A stretch of 64,000 nucleotides of DNA from Micavibrio sp. UBA5703 (GTDB taxonomy: Bacteria > Pseudomonadota > Alphaproteobacteria > Micavibrionales > Micavibrionaceae). Positions 28,425 to 37,676 of the stretch are shown piece by piece (the stretch's first letter is position 1; every line of letters begins with the position of its first letter). A program made the position numbers and the translations under genes. Where the stretch lies: assembly GCA_002420015.1 (NCBI GenBank), contig DIHF01000054.1, forward strand, positions 30,943 through 94,942. Direction: 5' to 3'. The notes under the pieces were generated by a model. The model had not been told where the DNA came from. It was given only the letters and a program-made list of their open reading frames with translations, and searched no databases.

Positions 28425-30632
28425 ATGCAGGAAAACGCATTGGCGGCTCGTGCCGTAGAACCCGAATATCTTAAAAACCTGAACCCGCCGCAACGCGAAG
28501 CGGTCGAGGCGCTGGACGGCCCCGTGCTGGTGCTGGCGGGCGCAGGGACGGGCAAGACGCGGGTTTTGACGACGCGGCTCTCGCATCTTCTTCATAGCGG
28601 CAAGGCATACCCTTCGCAGATTCTTTCCGTCACCTTCACCAACAAGGCGGCACAGGAAATGAAGCACCGCGTCAGCGGGCTTCTCGGTGGCCAGCCGGTG
28701 GAAGGCTGGTGGCTCGGCACGTTTCACTCTCTGGCGGCGCGGATGCTGCGCGTACATGCGGGGCTTGTCGGGCTTTCGAGCAATTTCACGATTCTCGATC
28801 CCGACGATCAGTTGCGCCTTCTGAAGCAAATCATGGAAGGCGAAAATATCGACACCAAAAAATGGCCGCCCAAAACGATCATCCATTATATTGATCGCTG
28901 GAAAGATCGCGGCCTGACACCCGCACAGGTCACGATGGACGATGCCGGGGAAGTGGCCGAGGGTAAATTGCTTTTGCTCTACCGCCGTTATCAGGAACGG
29001 CTCAAGGGCGTGAATGCCTGCGACTTCGGGGATTTGCTGCTGCACATGATTACGATTTTGAAAAACCCGGAGCACGCGCAGGTTCTGGCTGATTACCACC
29101 GCCGTTTCAAATATATCCTTGTCGATGAATATCAGGACACCAACGTTGCGCAGTATCAGTGGCTCAGGCTGCTGGCGCAGGGGTCGAGCAATATATGCTG
29201 CGTCGGCGACGACGACCAGTCGATCTACGGCTGGCGCGGCGCGGAGGTCGGAAATATTTTGCGGTTTGAAAAGGATTTCCCCGGCGCAAAAATAATCCGC
29301 CTCGAACAGAATTACCGCTCGACCAACAATATCCTGAACGCCGCCGCAGGCGTGATTTCCAACAACGAGGGGCGGCTTGGCAAGACGTTGTGGTCCGAAG
29401 CGGGGGAGGGCGAAAAAGTTTCCGTCCACGCGCTTTACGATGGTCAGGCCGAGGCGCGCTGGGTGGCGGAGGAAATAGAACAGCTCCAGCGCAAAAAATG
29501 GGCCTTGCGGCAAATCGCCGTGCTGGTGCGCGCCGGATTTCAGACCCGCGAATTCGAGGAACGTTTTATCCAGCTTGGCGTGCCTTATCGTGTGATTGGC
29601 GGTCCGCGCTTTTACGAACGCATGGAAATTCGTGACGCTCTGGCTTACATGCGCGTTACCGTGCAGCCCGCCGACGATCTGGCGCTGGAGCGCATCATCA
29701 ATACGCCCAAGCGCGGCATCGGCGATTCCACAGTCCAAACGCTGTATGCGCATGCCCGCAGCCGGGGGATCAGCCTGCATGATGCGATCCTTGATATTTG
29801 CCAAACGGATGAGATGCGGCCCAAGGTCAAGGCCGCGCTGATGAAAATGATGGACGATTTTTCGCGCTGGCGCTCGCTTGTCGGCGCAGCCCACCATGCG
29901 CAGCTTGCCGCGCAGATATTGGATGAATCCGGCTATATGGCGATGTGGCAGGCAGATAAAACGCCCGAAGCGCCCGGACGCCTTGAAAACCTCAAGGAGC
30001 TTGTTTCGGGGATGCAGGAATATGAATCGCTTGCGGAGTTTCTGGAGCATGTCGCATTGGTGCTGGAAAATCAGGAAGGAAACGATGGCGATTTCGTGTC
30101 GGTGATGACGCTGCATGGTGCGAAGGGTCTTGAGTTCGACGCGGTGTTTTTGCCGGGATGGGAAGATGGGTTGTTCCCCTCGCAACGTTCGATGGATGAA
30201 CACGGCTTGAAGGGGCTGGAAGAAGAACGCCGCCTTGCCTATGTCGGTATTACGCGGGCGCGCAAGAAGGTTTTTATCTCGTTTGCCTCCAACCGCCGCA
30301 TGTACGGCAACTGGATCAATTCAATGCCCTCGCGCTTTGTCGATGAACTGCCTCCCGCCCATGTCGAGGTCACTTCAGAAACGGGCATTCGTGCCGGGCG
30401 CTCATCGCACTGGGATTCTTCCGGCTTCAGGCCGGAGCCAGTAAAACAAACCACGTATGAGCGTAAAGTACAGAGCGCCGAAGGCATTGTATTTTCACGC
30501 GGCGATCGCGTCTTTCACGAAAAATTCGGCACCGGAAAAATCATCAATATCGACGGGCATAAACTGGACATCGCCTTTGAAAAGGGCGGCACCAAGCGCG
30601 TGATGGACAGTTTTATTCAGAAGTCAGAGTAA
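28425..30632 (+). CDS. uvrD: UvrD/PcrA/Rep-family DNA helicase
   Basis: LNPPQREAVEALDGPVLVLAGAGTGKTRVLTTR (motifs Ia/I), ILVDEYQDTN, VGDDDQSIYGWRGA, LEQNYRST, VMTLHGAKGLEF, LAYVGITRA. The C-terminal tail is GDRVFHEKFGTGKI. Confidence 0.93.
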   Translation: MQENALAARAVEPEYLKNLNPPQREAVEALDGPVLVLAGAGTGKTRVLTTRLSHLLHSGKAYPSQILSVTFTNKAAQEMKHRVSGLLGGQPVEGWWLGTFHSLAARMLRVHAGLVGLSSNFTILDPDDQLRLLKQIMEGENIDTKKWPPKTIIHYIDRWKDRGLTPAQVTMDDAGEVAEGKLLLLYRRYQERLKGVNACDFGDLLLHMITILKNPEHAQVLADYHRRFKYILVDEYQDTNVAQYQWLRLLAQGSSNICCVGDDDQSIYGWRGAEVGNILRFEKDFPGAKIIRLEQNYRSTNNILNAAAGVISNNEGRLGKTLWSEAGEGEKVSVHALYDGQAEARWVAEEIEQLQRKKWALRQIAVLVRAGFQTREFEERFIQLGVPYRVIGGPRFYERMEIRDALAYMRVTVQPADDLALERIINTPKRGIGDSTVQTLYAHARSRGISLHDAILDICQTDEMRPKVKAALMKMMDDFSRWRSLVGAAHHAQLAAQILDESGYMAMWQADKTPEAPGRLENLKELVSGMQEYESLAEFLEHVALVLENQEGNDGDFVSVMTLHGAKGLEFDAVFLPGWEDGLFPSQRSMDEHGLKGLEEERRLAYVGITRARKKVFISFASNRRMYGNWINSMPSRFVDELPPAHVEVTSETGIRAGRSSHWDSSGFRPEPVKQTTYERKVQSAEGIVFSRGDRVFHEKFGTGKIINIDGHKLDIAFEKGGTKRVMDSFIQKSE

Positions 30633-30739
30633 TATAGTCTTTCCAATTTGCTTTTGGACATCGTTGCTGCGCTCCTCACGTAGCGTTTTCTACGCATCGT
30701 CGCTTGCGCCTTGTCCAAAAACAAATTGGTTCGACTATA
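30633..30739. repeat. 107-bp long-stem palindromic element, copy 2
   Basis: It starts 1 nt after the uvrD stop and ends 3 nt before the convergent arsC stop. About 94% identical to 5481-5587. Confidence 0.8.
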
Positions 30740-30741
30740 AC

Positions 30742-31089
30742 CTAAAAAAGATTCCTCACCGTTTCCGGTGGGCGGCAGATGGCCGCGCCCTTATCCGTGA
30801 CGACGATGGGGCGCTGGATAAGGACAGGGTTGGCGACCATTGCGGCGATCAATTCTTCGCGGCTTAAATCCGGATTGTCGAGGTTCAGTTCTTTGTAGAT
30901 GGATTCTTTGGCGCGCATCGCTTCGCGTGGCTCAAGGCCCATTTGATCCAGCAGCGCCGCCAGTTCCTTTTCGGATGGCGTGTCTTGAAGATAATTCACA
31001 AGTTCCGGCTCGTATCCCGCCTCCATCAATATCGCCAGCGTGTTTCGGCAGGTGCCGCAATCGCCGTTATAGTATATTTTAGCCTTCAT
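30742..31089 (-). CDS. arsC: ArsC-family (glutaredoxin-type) arsenate reductase
   Basis: ATG at 31089. MKAKIYYNGDCGTCRNTLAILMEAGYEPELVNYL...ANPVLIQRPIVVTDKGAAICRPPE aligns closely by eye with the R773 ArsC pattern (NPxCxTSRNTL...INRPIV...RLCRP). Confidence 0.75.
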   Translation of the reverse strand: MKAKIYYNGDCGTCRNTLAILMEAGYEPELVNYLQDTPSEKELAALLDQMGLEPREAMRAKESIYKELNLDNPDLSREELIAAMVANPVLIQRPIVVTDKGAAICRPPETVRNLF

Positions 31090-31126
31090 CGCGGCCCCTT
31101 TTTTACTTTTCAACCGGAATCGTCTA

Positions 31127-31163
31127 TTTATAGACTTTACCTCAGAAGGTAAATAACTATAAA
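31127..31163. promoter_or_regulatory. imperfect palindrome in the arsC / 31181 divergent intergenic region (possible operator)
   Basis: TTTATAGACTTTACC-tcagaa-GGTAAATAACTATAAA, flanked by direct AACCGGA repeats. Confidence 0.25.
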
Positions 31164-31180
31164 AACCGGAGTTTCAAGTC

Positions 31181-31942
31181 ATGAGCGCAACGAAAGCCGT
31201 TTTCACCGTTTCATCGCTGGCGTTTGTCCTGCTGTTTGGCGGCGGTGTCCTTCTTTATATGAATTTTGGCGATATCGCCAAGAAAATCGCGCAGAAAATC
31301 GCCAGTGAAACGCTGGGGGTTACGGTTTCCATCGGCAAGATCGATGTGGCGCTCAAGGAAAAAACCGTCACGGTTTCAAAGGTCAAGGTCGGCAATCCCG
31401 AAGGTTACAAGGGGCCGCACGCCGCTACGATCGAAACGATTTACCTCAAGGCCGATACGCTTTCGCAAGCCTTGCTCAGGTTCAACGACATCAGCGTCAC
31501 GGGATCGGAAGTGTATCTGGAGGTAAGGGAAACCGGCACCAATTTGACCGACATCAAAAAGACGGTGAACGCAAAAGCGGCAAAGGGTGATAAAGCTGCG
31601 CAGCAGATAAAGGTTATTATCGAACGCATGAAGATCGAGGAAATGCGCGTTCATCCGAGCGTTCTTCTGGCAGGTATTGGCGATATGCAGCCTATTACCT
31701 TGCCGCCGATCAAGCTGAATGGAATTGGTGTGAAAGAAAACGGCGTTCTGGCACGCGAGGCCATTGGCCAGATCTGGCAGAGTATTTCGAGTGAGGTCAG
31801 CAAAAGCGCCAACAGCGCCGGGTTCTATCAGGGCGTTTCGCCGGAGGCGCTTGAGGATATCGGCGTAAGCCAGATCGAAACCTTCAAGGAAAATTTCAAG
31901 AAAGACATCGGCAATCTGAAGAAAAGCATTTTCGGCGAATAA
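31181..31942 (+). CDS. hypothetical membrane-anchored protein
   Basis: 253 aa with a single N-terminal TM segment (VFTVSSLAFVLLFGGGVLLYM). The rest is hydrophilic and beta-rich-looking. No family recognised. Confidence 0.55.
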   Translation: MSATKAVFTVSSLAFVLLFGGGVLLYMNFGDIAKKIAQKIASETLGVTVSIGKIDVALKEKTVTVSKVKVGNPEGYKGPHAATIETIYLKADTLSQALLRFNDISVTGSEVYLEVRETGTNLTDIKKTVNAKAAKGDKAAQQIKVIIERMKIEEMRVHPSVLLAGIGDMQPITLPPIKLNGIGVKENGVLAREAIGQIWQSISSEVSKSANSAGFYQGVSPEALEDIGVSQIETFKENFKKDIGNLKKSIFGE

Positions 31943-31945
31943 GCG

Positions 31946-33337
31946 TCAGGCCGGGAATTCTTGCAATAATTTCTCTCTGGCCTTGCAGCTTTGCCAGCTT
32001 ATGATGTGAAAGGCAATGCCTGAAACCGTGCCGACGGCGGCGATGGCGATGAAGATGCCCGTTACGCCGTAAAGATAATCGCCGAGATATACCGCCGGAA
32101 TCATCAGAACCAGCATCTTGATGACAATCATCGCGAATGAGCGTTGCGGCATGCCCATGGCGTTAAAGGCCGAAGCCCAGCCCATGATGAGATTCCCAAA
32201 CGCATAGGAAACCGGCACGATCCAGAAGAATAAAACGGTATAGCCGATAACTTCCGGGTCGTCGGAAAACAGCGCAGCGACAGGCTTGGCCAGAAATCCT
32301 AAAACGACGGCTATCAATAACGACCAGACAACGCTGAACCCGATACCCAATTTTAGCGTTTCATGCACGCGGTCGAATTTCCTTGCACCCCAGTTCTGGC
32401 CGATGATCGGCGCCATGCCGATGGACAGCGCCATCAGGACGATAAAGGCAAAAGCCTCAATCCGGTTGACGACGCCGAACGCGGCAACGGCATGAACGCT
32501 GTGCGCTGCCAGCAGGGATGTAATGATGCCGCTGACGAAAGGCTGAATGGCGTTGGTCAGTCCAACCGGAACGGCGATGGTCAAAAGGCGGCGCGCCGAA
32601 TCCGAAAAGGAATTTGCCTTCAATTCCTGCCCAAAGCAGAGAAGCCTTTTATGTGCATAAAGGACATACAGCCCGGCCAGCGCGGCCATAGCATTGGCCA
32701 GAACTGTGGCAATGGCCGCGCCCTGCAGCTCAAGGCGCGGGAAACCCCACAACCCGAAGATCAACAAAGGGTCCAGAACGACGTTAACGACTGCCGCTAC
32801 GCACATGATAAGGGCGGGGGAGAACGTGTCACCCGTAGCGCGGATCGCCGCATTGCCGACCAGCGGGATGGACACGAAAACGCTGCCCGCAAACCAGACG
32901 ATCATGTATTCGCGGATTAATGCGGTCATTTGCTGGTCCGCTCCCATAAGGGAGAAGATCGTATCGTGAAATATTACGCCTATAGCGGCGATAGCCATAC
33001 TGATGACAAAAACCAGCGCCAGCCCGTGTGTAACAACGCTTCTTACTGTCTCAATTTTCCCCTCGCCGATGAGGCGTGAGGCCACCGAAGACATGGAGAT
33101 CCCAAAACCCATAGTGAAGCTGAATATCAGGTAAGTCAGGGGGAAGGTGAAGCTGATCGCGGCCAGAGGCTCGGTGCCGGGCAAAAGGGAGACGTAATAT
33201 GTATCGACAAGCTGGAAACTGATGATCGCCAGCAGCCCCCAGATCATGGGGACGGTCAGGCGGATGAGGTGCTTTTTGACCTCTCCTTTGGTCAGGTCGC
33301 CTTTGCTGCCGTGGTGGGCTGCCCTTTTAGTATCCAT
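31946..33337 (-). CDS. MATE-family efflux transporter
   Basis: ATG at 33337. About 12 hydrophobic segments. The N-terminus ...HLIRLTVPMIWGLLAIISFQLVDTYYVS and the internal repeat are typical of MATE/NorM-like proteins. Confidence 0.8.
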   Translation of the reverse strand: MDTKRAAHHGSKGDLTKGEVKKHLIRLTVPMIWGLLAIISFQLVDTYYVSLLPGTEPLAAISFTFPLTYLIFSFTMGFGISMSSVASRLIGEGKIETVRSVVTHGLALVFVISMAIAAIGVIFHDTIFSLMGADQQMTALIREYMIVWFAGSVFVSIPLVGNAAIRATGDTFSPALIMCVAAVVNVVLDPLLIFGLWGFPRLELQGAAIATVLANAMAALAGLYVLYAHKRLLCFGQELKANSFSDSARRLLTIAVPVGLTNAIQPFVSGIITSLLAAHSVHAVAAFGVVNRIEAFAFIVLMALSIGMAPIIGQNWGARKFDRVHETLKLGIGFSVVWSLLIAVVLGFLAKPVAALFSDDPEVIGYTVLFFWIVPVSYAFGNLIMGWASAFNAMGMPQRSFAMIVIKMLVLMIPAVYLGDYLYGVTGIFIAIAAVGTVSGIAFHIISWQSCKAREKLLQEFPA

Positions 33338-33636
33338 AATTATCAAACTGTCATTTTGAGGAATGAAAAATTTAATAGAAACCGGCACCCTAGCCGATTC
33401 TTTGTAAAAGTCACCTAGATAAAAATGAAAAAAAGAAAAAGCAGAATAATCAATTATATCAATGAATTAAGGTGGTATAACCAAAAGTATTAAATTTAAC
33501 CTCAAAATTACATAAAATATTAATAATATAAGGTTACCATAATACTATGGTGTGGGGTCATGCCATGTGAAGTTTGGCGCAAGTGGGGTTGGCCGACTTC
33601 AAAAAACAAAAAAATAAATTGTGGGGGCATAAAGCA

Positions 33637-35304
33637 ATGGCAACGAACGGCGATGACATACTTTTGTTTCAGGGAACGCTGGGGCAGCTTACAACGACAC
33701 TGATCAACGCTTATAGCGGCGAGATCATCGAAATCATCGACAGAGAAATGAATATCAACAACACGTCCTATGACGGCATGGACGGGCTGGATATCATGCT
33801 GTTCACGAATTTCGGCGACTATCTTTCGATCACGAATGATGTCGGCATGCAGGTTCTTCACAATATCGAGATATTCCAGGCGGGCAGCGGCGGCGACATT
33901 ATCAACCTCTCCAGTAATGTTTACAGCCTGAACAGCGTTATTATTCTGGGCGGCCTCGGCGATGACATCCTCTGGGGTAACGTCAACGCAGACATTATCC
34001 TTGGTTCCGGCGGCGATGACATTATCGATGGCGGGCACGGCAATGACGAGCTTTACGGCGAAGCGGACAACGACAGGGTTGGTGGAGGCCTCGGCGACGA
34101 TATCGTCGATGGCGGCGCCGGGAACGACATCCTGTATGGCGGGCATGGCGTGCTTCAGCACATCATCGACAAGCAGTTCACAGATTCGCTGATCTTTCCC
34201 AATCTTCAAAGCGGCGTGAATATCGTTAACCTCGTGCCGCCGGGCGTGCCCAATCTGGGTATCGTACAGGGCAACCTCAGTGTCGATTTTGACACGACGG
34301 TTGAGTTGACTTTCCGTCAAGGCCATGCAGGTTACAACAACACGCTGGGCGCTTACGGGATTGCCGCGGACGGCACGATGGTTTCGACCAAAGTTCTCTG
34401 GAGCAACGTCAAAACCGCCGGTGTGAACGTAGCGCATACGATCGACCTGCCGCTCGGCGAAGACGGCGGAAGCTTTGGCTTTTTCATCGTCGCCAACGGT
34501 GACCGGGTCAACAACAAATACAAAAACCTTGATATCACGGATGATGGCGTCGTCAGCTTTGTCTACGATCACGGCGGTCCGGACGAGCGCGCCGCAAAAA
34601 TCACCGATCCCGCCAACAAGATTTCTCTGGTTTACGATGACGGCGTTACGCACAAGGTGATTAACGGCCATATCTATCACACGACCGACCGCGGCGGCGC
34701 GACCAACCTGAACTGGGACGGGAAAACCCATGCCGTTTCCGGTCTTGTGACGGACGGCGACAACAATTTGCTGCGCATCGGGTTCGAGGATCTCCCCAAT
34801 CTGGGCGATGCCGACTTTGAAGATGTCATGTTCGATCTCGACTTCACGGCGGTCGTAGAGCCTGGCCTTGGCGGCACGGGCAACGACAAGCTTCTCGGTG
34901 GCGCAGGCGATGATACAATCTACGGCGAGGACGGCAACGATATCATCAGCGGCGGCCTCGGTGCAGACCTTCTTAATGGTGGTACGGGTTCGGACCAGTT
35001 CGTGTTTCAGGAATTTGACGGTACGCTCGATACCGTTACGGATTTTGAAGCGGGCGTTGGCAAGGATGTTCTGAACCTGACGGACATACTGACCGGCTAC
35101 GATGAGGGCGTTGACGATCTCAGCAACTTCATCCAGCTCGTTGCCAGCGGCGCGGACACCATGGTTAAAGTCAATCAGGATGGCGATATCGGCGGCGTTT
35201 TCACCGATGCAATCCTGCTGAAAAACGTATCTTTGGCGGGTGGCCTTGCCGGATTGGTCAGCGATGGCAACCTCGTCGTCGACCAAAGCATCACATTGCC
35301 TTGA
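33637..35304 (+). CDS. RTX calcium-binding protein with a DUF4114-like region and a C-terminal type I secretion domain
   Basis: ATG at 33637. Nonapeptide repeats GGLGDDILWGNVNADIILGSGGDDIIDGGHGNDELYGEADNDRVGGGLGDDIVDGGAGNDILYGG. A central ...IGFEDLPNLGDADFEDVMFDLDF segment. The C-terminal GTGSDQFVF...LDTVTDFEAGVGKDVLNLTDIL...MVKVNQDGD... is similar in layout to the adhesin C-terminus. Confidence 0.85.
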   Translation: MATNGDDILLFQGTLGQLTTTLINAYSGEIIEIIDREMNINNTSYDGMDGLDIMLFTNFGDYLSITNDVGMQVLHNIEIFQAGSGGDIINLSSNVYSLNSVIILGGLGDDILWGNVNADIILGSGGDDIIDGGHGNDELYGEADNDRVGGGLGDDIVDGGAGNDILYGGHGVLQHIIDKQFTDSLIFPNLQSGVNIVNLVPPGVPNLGIVQGNLSVDFDTTVELTFRQGHAGYNNTLGAYGIAADGTMVSTKVLWSNVKTAGVNVAHTIDLPLGEDGGSFGFFIVANGDRVNNKYKNLDITDDGVVSFVYDHGGPDERAAKITDPANKISLVYDDGVTHKVINGHIYHTTDRGGATNLNWDGKTHAVSGLVTDGDNNLLRIGFEDLPNLGDADFEDVMFDLDFTAVVEPGLGGTGNDKLLGGAGDDTIYGEDGNDIISGGLGADLLNGGTGSDQFVFQEFDGTLDTVTDFEAGVGKDVLNLTDILTGYDEGVDDLSNFIQLVASGADTMVKVNQDGDIGGVFTDAILLKNVSLAGGLAGLVSDGNLVVDQSITLP

Positions 35305-35333
35305 TAAGGGTCTGAAATCTTTCTTCGTGTGGA

Positions 35334-35370
35334 AAGCCGCGGGACTTAAAAAATCTCGCGGCTTTTGCTT
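35334..35370 (+). terminator. rho-independent terminator after the RTX gene
   Basis: AAGCCGCGGGA-cttaaaaaa-TCTCGCGGCTT forms an ~11-bp stem including one G-U pair, followed by TTTTGCTTTGTTTT. Confidence 0.6.
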
Positions 35371-35390
35371 TGTTTTGCTAATGTCCCGGT

Positions 35391-36428
35391 ATGGACAGAG
35401 CCTATGACACGCTTTTTTACGCTATCGAATCCGGAAGCCTCGCGCCGCCGGGGGCGGGCCAATCGGTTTTGTTCGTCAACGCTGCGCCTTGCGCCGGGAT
35501 TGATTTTCTGGCCTCGTCGAAACTGACCCTGCAACAGCATTTTAAGCCCTACGTAGATGCGTTGACAGCGCAGGGGTACGAAGCCAGCGCTGATTTACCC
35601 GAAACGCAGGGGGTGTTTGACTATGTGTTTATAGCGGCCCCGAAGAGCAAACAGGAAACCCAGTATCTTCTGGCCAGAGGTATGAAATTGCTGCGCCCCG
35701 GTGGAATGATTATTTGCGCGGCGGCCAATGACGCGGGCGGGCGCCAGCTTGCCGGATTTTTTGAAGCGCTTGGCTTAAAAGACATCGGTCAGGAATCCAA
35801 ATACAAGGGGCGGGTTGTCTGGGGGCAGGTGCCACAAAATCCAGACGAAGGAAAAATAGCGGAATGGATAACCGCCGGATCGCCGCAGTCTATATTGGGC
35901 GGAAGGTTCGTGTCGGTGCCGGGGCTATTTGCCTGGGACAAGATCGACAAAGGCTCTGAAATCCTGACGCGCCATATGCCGGAAAATCTGAAAGGTGCGG
36001 GCGCAGATTTTTGTTGCGGCTATGGCTATCTGGCCAGTCATTTGCTGCAACATAATCCGGCCATAGAGCGCCTTGTCTGCATTGATGCCGATGCCCGCGC
36101 CGTTGCGGTGTGCAAAGAAAATCTCGCTCAAATTATTCATCCGGCGAAAAAGGAATTTTTATGGGCCGATCTGACAAAGCCGCTTTCAGGTATCGGCGGT
36201 TTTGACTGGATTGTCATGAACCCGCCCTTTCATGAGGGCAAGGCAGGTGATGTTTCCATCGGGCAGGCCTGTATCCAGACCGCAGCAAAAACCCTGCGTC
36301 CTGGCGGTAAATTATGGATGGTTTCTAATGCGATGCTGGCGTACGAGACTGTTCTTAAATCCACGTTCAAAAGATTTAACAAGGAATTCGAGGGGCAGGG
36401 CTACAAGGTTTTTGTTGCGGAAAAGTAG
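35391..36428 (+). CDS. class I SAM-dependent methyltransferase, RsmC/RlmG-like (rRNA m2G type)
   Basis: 345 aa in two-domain layout. The C-terminal domain has GADFCCGYGYL (motif I-like) and IVMNPPFHEGK (the NPPF/H catalytic motif of m2G methyltransferases). Confidence 0.75.
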   Translation: MDRAYDTLFYAIESGSLAPPGAGQSVLFVNAAPCAGIDFLASSKLTLQQHFKPYVDALTAQGYEASADLPETQGVFDYVFIAAPKSKQETQYLLARGMKLLRPGGMIICAAANDAGGRQLAGFFEALGLKDIGQESKYKGRVVWGQVPQNPDEGKIAEWITAGSPQSILGGRFVSVPGLFAWDKIDKGSEILTRHMPENLKGAGADFCCGYGYLASHLLQHNPAIERLVCIDADARAVAVCKENLAQIIHPAKKEFLWADLTKPLSGIGGFDWIVMNPPFHEGKAGDVSIGQACIQTAAKTLRPGGKLWMVSNAMLAYETVLKSTFKRFNKEFEGQGYKVFVAEK

Positions 36429-36472
36429 TTCATACAGCCGATCTTAAAATTACGAACACCATTTCTCCTTTC

Positions 36473-36580
36473 GTCATCCCAACCGAGCGCGTCAGCGCGA
36501 GCGGAGGGATCTTCGGCATATCATAATGACAGGATCCCTCGGCTCTGCCACGCCTTCGGCGCGGCTCCGCTCGGGATGAC
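36473..36580. repeat. inverted pair of GTCAT...ATC hairpin units
   Basis: GTCATCCCAACCGAGCGCGTCAGCGCGAGCGGAGGGATC (36473-36511) and the inverted GATCCCTCGGCTCTGCCACGCCTTCGGCGCGGCTCCGCTCGGGATGAC (36533-36580). Confidence 0.65.
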
Positions 36581-36617
36581 ATCGATGGGGATTCAAGTAA
36601 TTGCCGTATGATTACGC

Positions 36618-37574
36618 CTAAACGTGATAGACGATGGCGGTTTCTTCCATCTCGGCAACCTGCTGGATGATGCGTTGCAGTTTCTTTTCATCGTGCAGGG
36701 CTTGTTTGTTGAGGCCCGTTTCACGGCCCACCATGTAATAGATCGATTCAATTGAAACTTCGCCGCCAGAGCCGCGCTCTTTCACGTGGTGCGCCATGGC
36801 CGAATCCATCGTGATAATCGATTTGTCGGGCTGGTTTCGCTTGCGCATGTGCTCGTCAGTCAGATGCACGATCAGCAGCAACAATACGTTGGAAATCTTT
36901 ACCTGATGGTGCTTTTCGAATCCGGGGCGAAGCGCCTTGAGGATATTGTAGGTCTCGACTGTATTCGGAACCTTTAGAAAGACTTTTTGGAAGCGGCGGT
37001 CGAGCGCCGGGTCGGTGGCTACGTAAAGGCGGAATTCATCCAGCGTCGTTGCGCCAAGAACCATCATATCCCCCGCCGTCAGATAGGGTTTCATGACGTC
37101 CGAGAGGCCCTTATAGGCGCTGCCCGTACAATTGGGCATGATCTGGTGGATCTCGTCGATAAAAAGGATAATGCGCGGATTGCTTGGATGATGAAAACGC
37201 TCGGCCACGCCCTTACAAAGCGGAATAAAGCGCTCCTGAAAGTCGGCGGGGCCGTTGGTGCCGGCGGCCATGCGGGCCAGATCGACTTCGAGCACACGGG
37301 CGCCACGCAGATACTCCGGGACTTTGTCATCGGCGATTTTTTGCGCCAGTGCGACAACCATGGCGGTTTTACCCACGCCGGCGGGTGCCAGAAGAACGGC
37401 GTTCTTACGGCCCTTTTGCAATAGAATCAGAATGGTTTCGTCAACCTCGGTGTCGCGGCCTGAAATCGGGCCGAAACGCCCTTGTTTTGCCAGCGCGGTG
37501 AAATCGGTGCAGTACTTGCGGAATAGTTCCTCAAGCTCTTCGTTGGTGACAAGATAATGCCATTGTTCCGTCAT
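36618..37574 (-). CDS. stand-alone AAA+ ATPase homologous to ClpA/ClpB nucleotide-binding domain 1
   Basis: FTALAKQGRFGPISGRDTEVDETILILLQKGRKNAVLLAPAGVGKTAMVVALAQKI...VPEYLRGARVLEVDL...ILFIDEIHQIM...LKPYL..GDMMVLGATTLDEFR...DPALDRRFQKVFLKVP. It is collinear by eye with Clp NBD1. There is no N-domain, middle domain or NBD2. Confidence 0.8.
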   Translation of the reverse strand: MTEQWHYLVTNEELEELFRKYCTDFTALAKQGRFGPISGRDTEVDETILILLQKGRKNAVLLAPAGVGKTAMVVALAQKIADDKVPEYLRGARVLEVDLARMAAGTNGPADFQERFIPLCKGVAERFHHPSNPRIILFIDEIHQIMPNCTGSAYKGLSDVMKPYLTAGDMMVLGATTLDEFRLYVATDPALDRRFQKVFLKVPNTVETYNILKALRPGFEKHHQVKISNVLLLLIVHLTDEHMRKRNQPDKSIITMDSAMAHHVKERGSGGEVSIESIYYMVGRETGLNKQALHDEKKLQRIIQQVAEMEETAIVYHV

Positions 37575-37676
37575 GTGCCCTCTGCGGCGGCCAGTTCTAT
37601 AATTTTAACATGATTGTACCAGGAATACGCGTCCCATCATCCTAGCGCGGGAAAGTTAATATTCTCTTTCAATGGT

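Noticed and set aside
28386-30203. 605-aa ORF on the minus strand
   Set aside because: It is antisense to the uvrD-type helicase, which shows all helicase motifs. The antisense product is Arg/His/Gln-rich and resembles no protein family.
33424-33492. 22-codon ORF (MKKRKSRIINYINELRWYNQKY) in the MATE/RTX divergent region
   Set aside because: There is no Shine-Dalgarno sequence. It lies in very AT-rich DNA, where such ORFs arise by chance. There is no supporting context.
33520-35286. 588-aa ORF on the minus strand
   Set aside because: It is exactly antisense to the RTX gene, whose translation has clear nonapeptide repeats and a T1SS signal domain. The minus-strand product is low-complexity with no motif, a typical shadow ORF.
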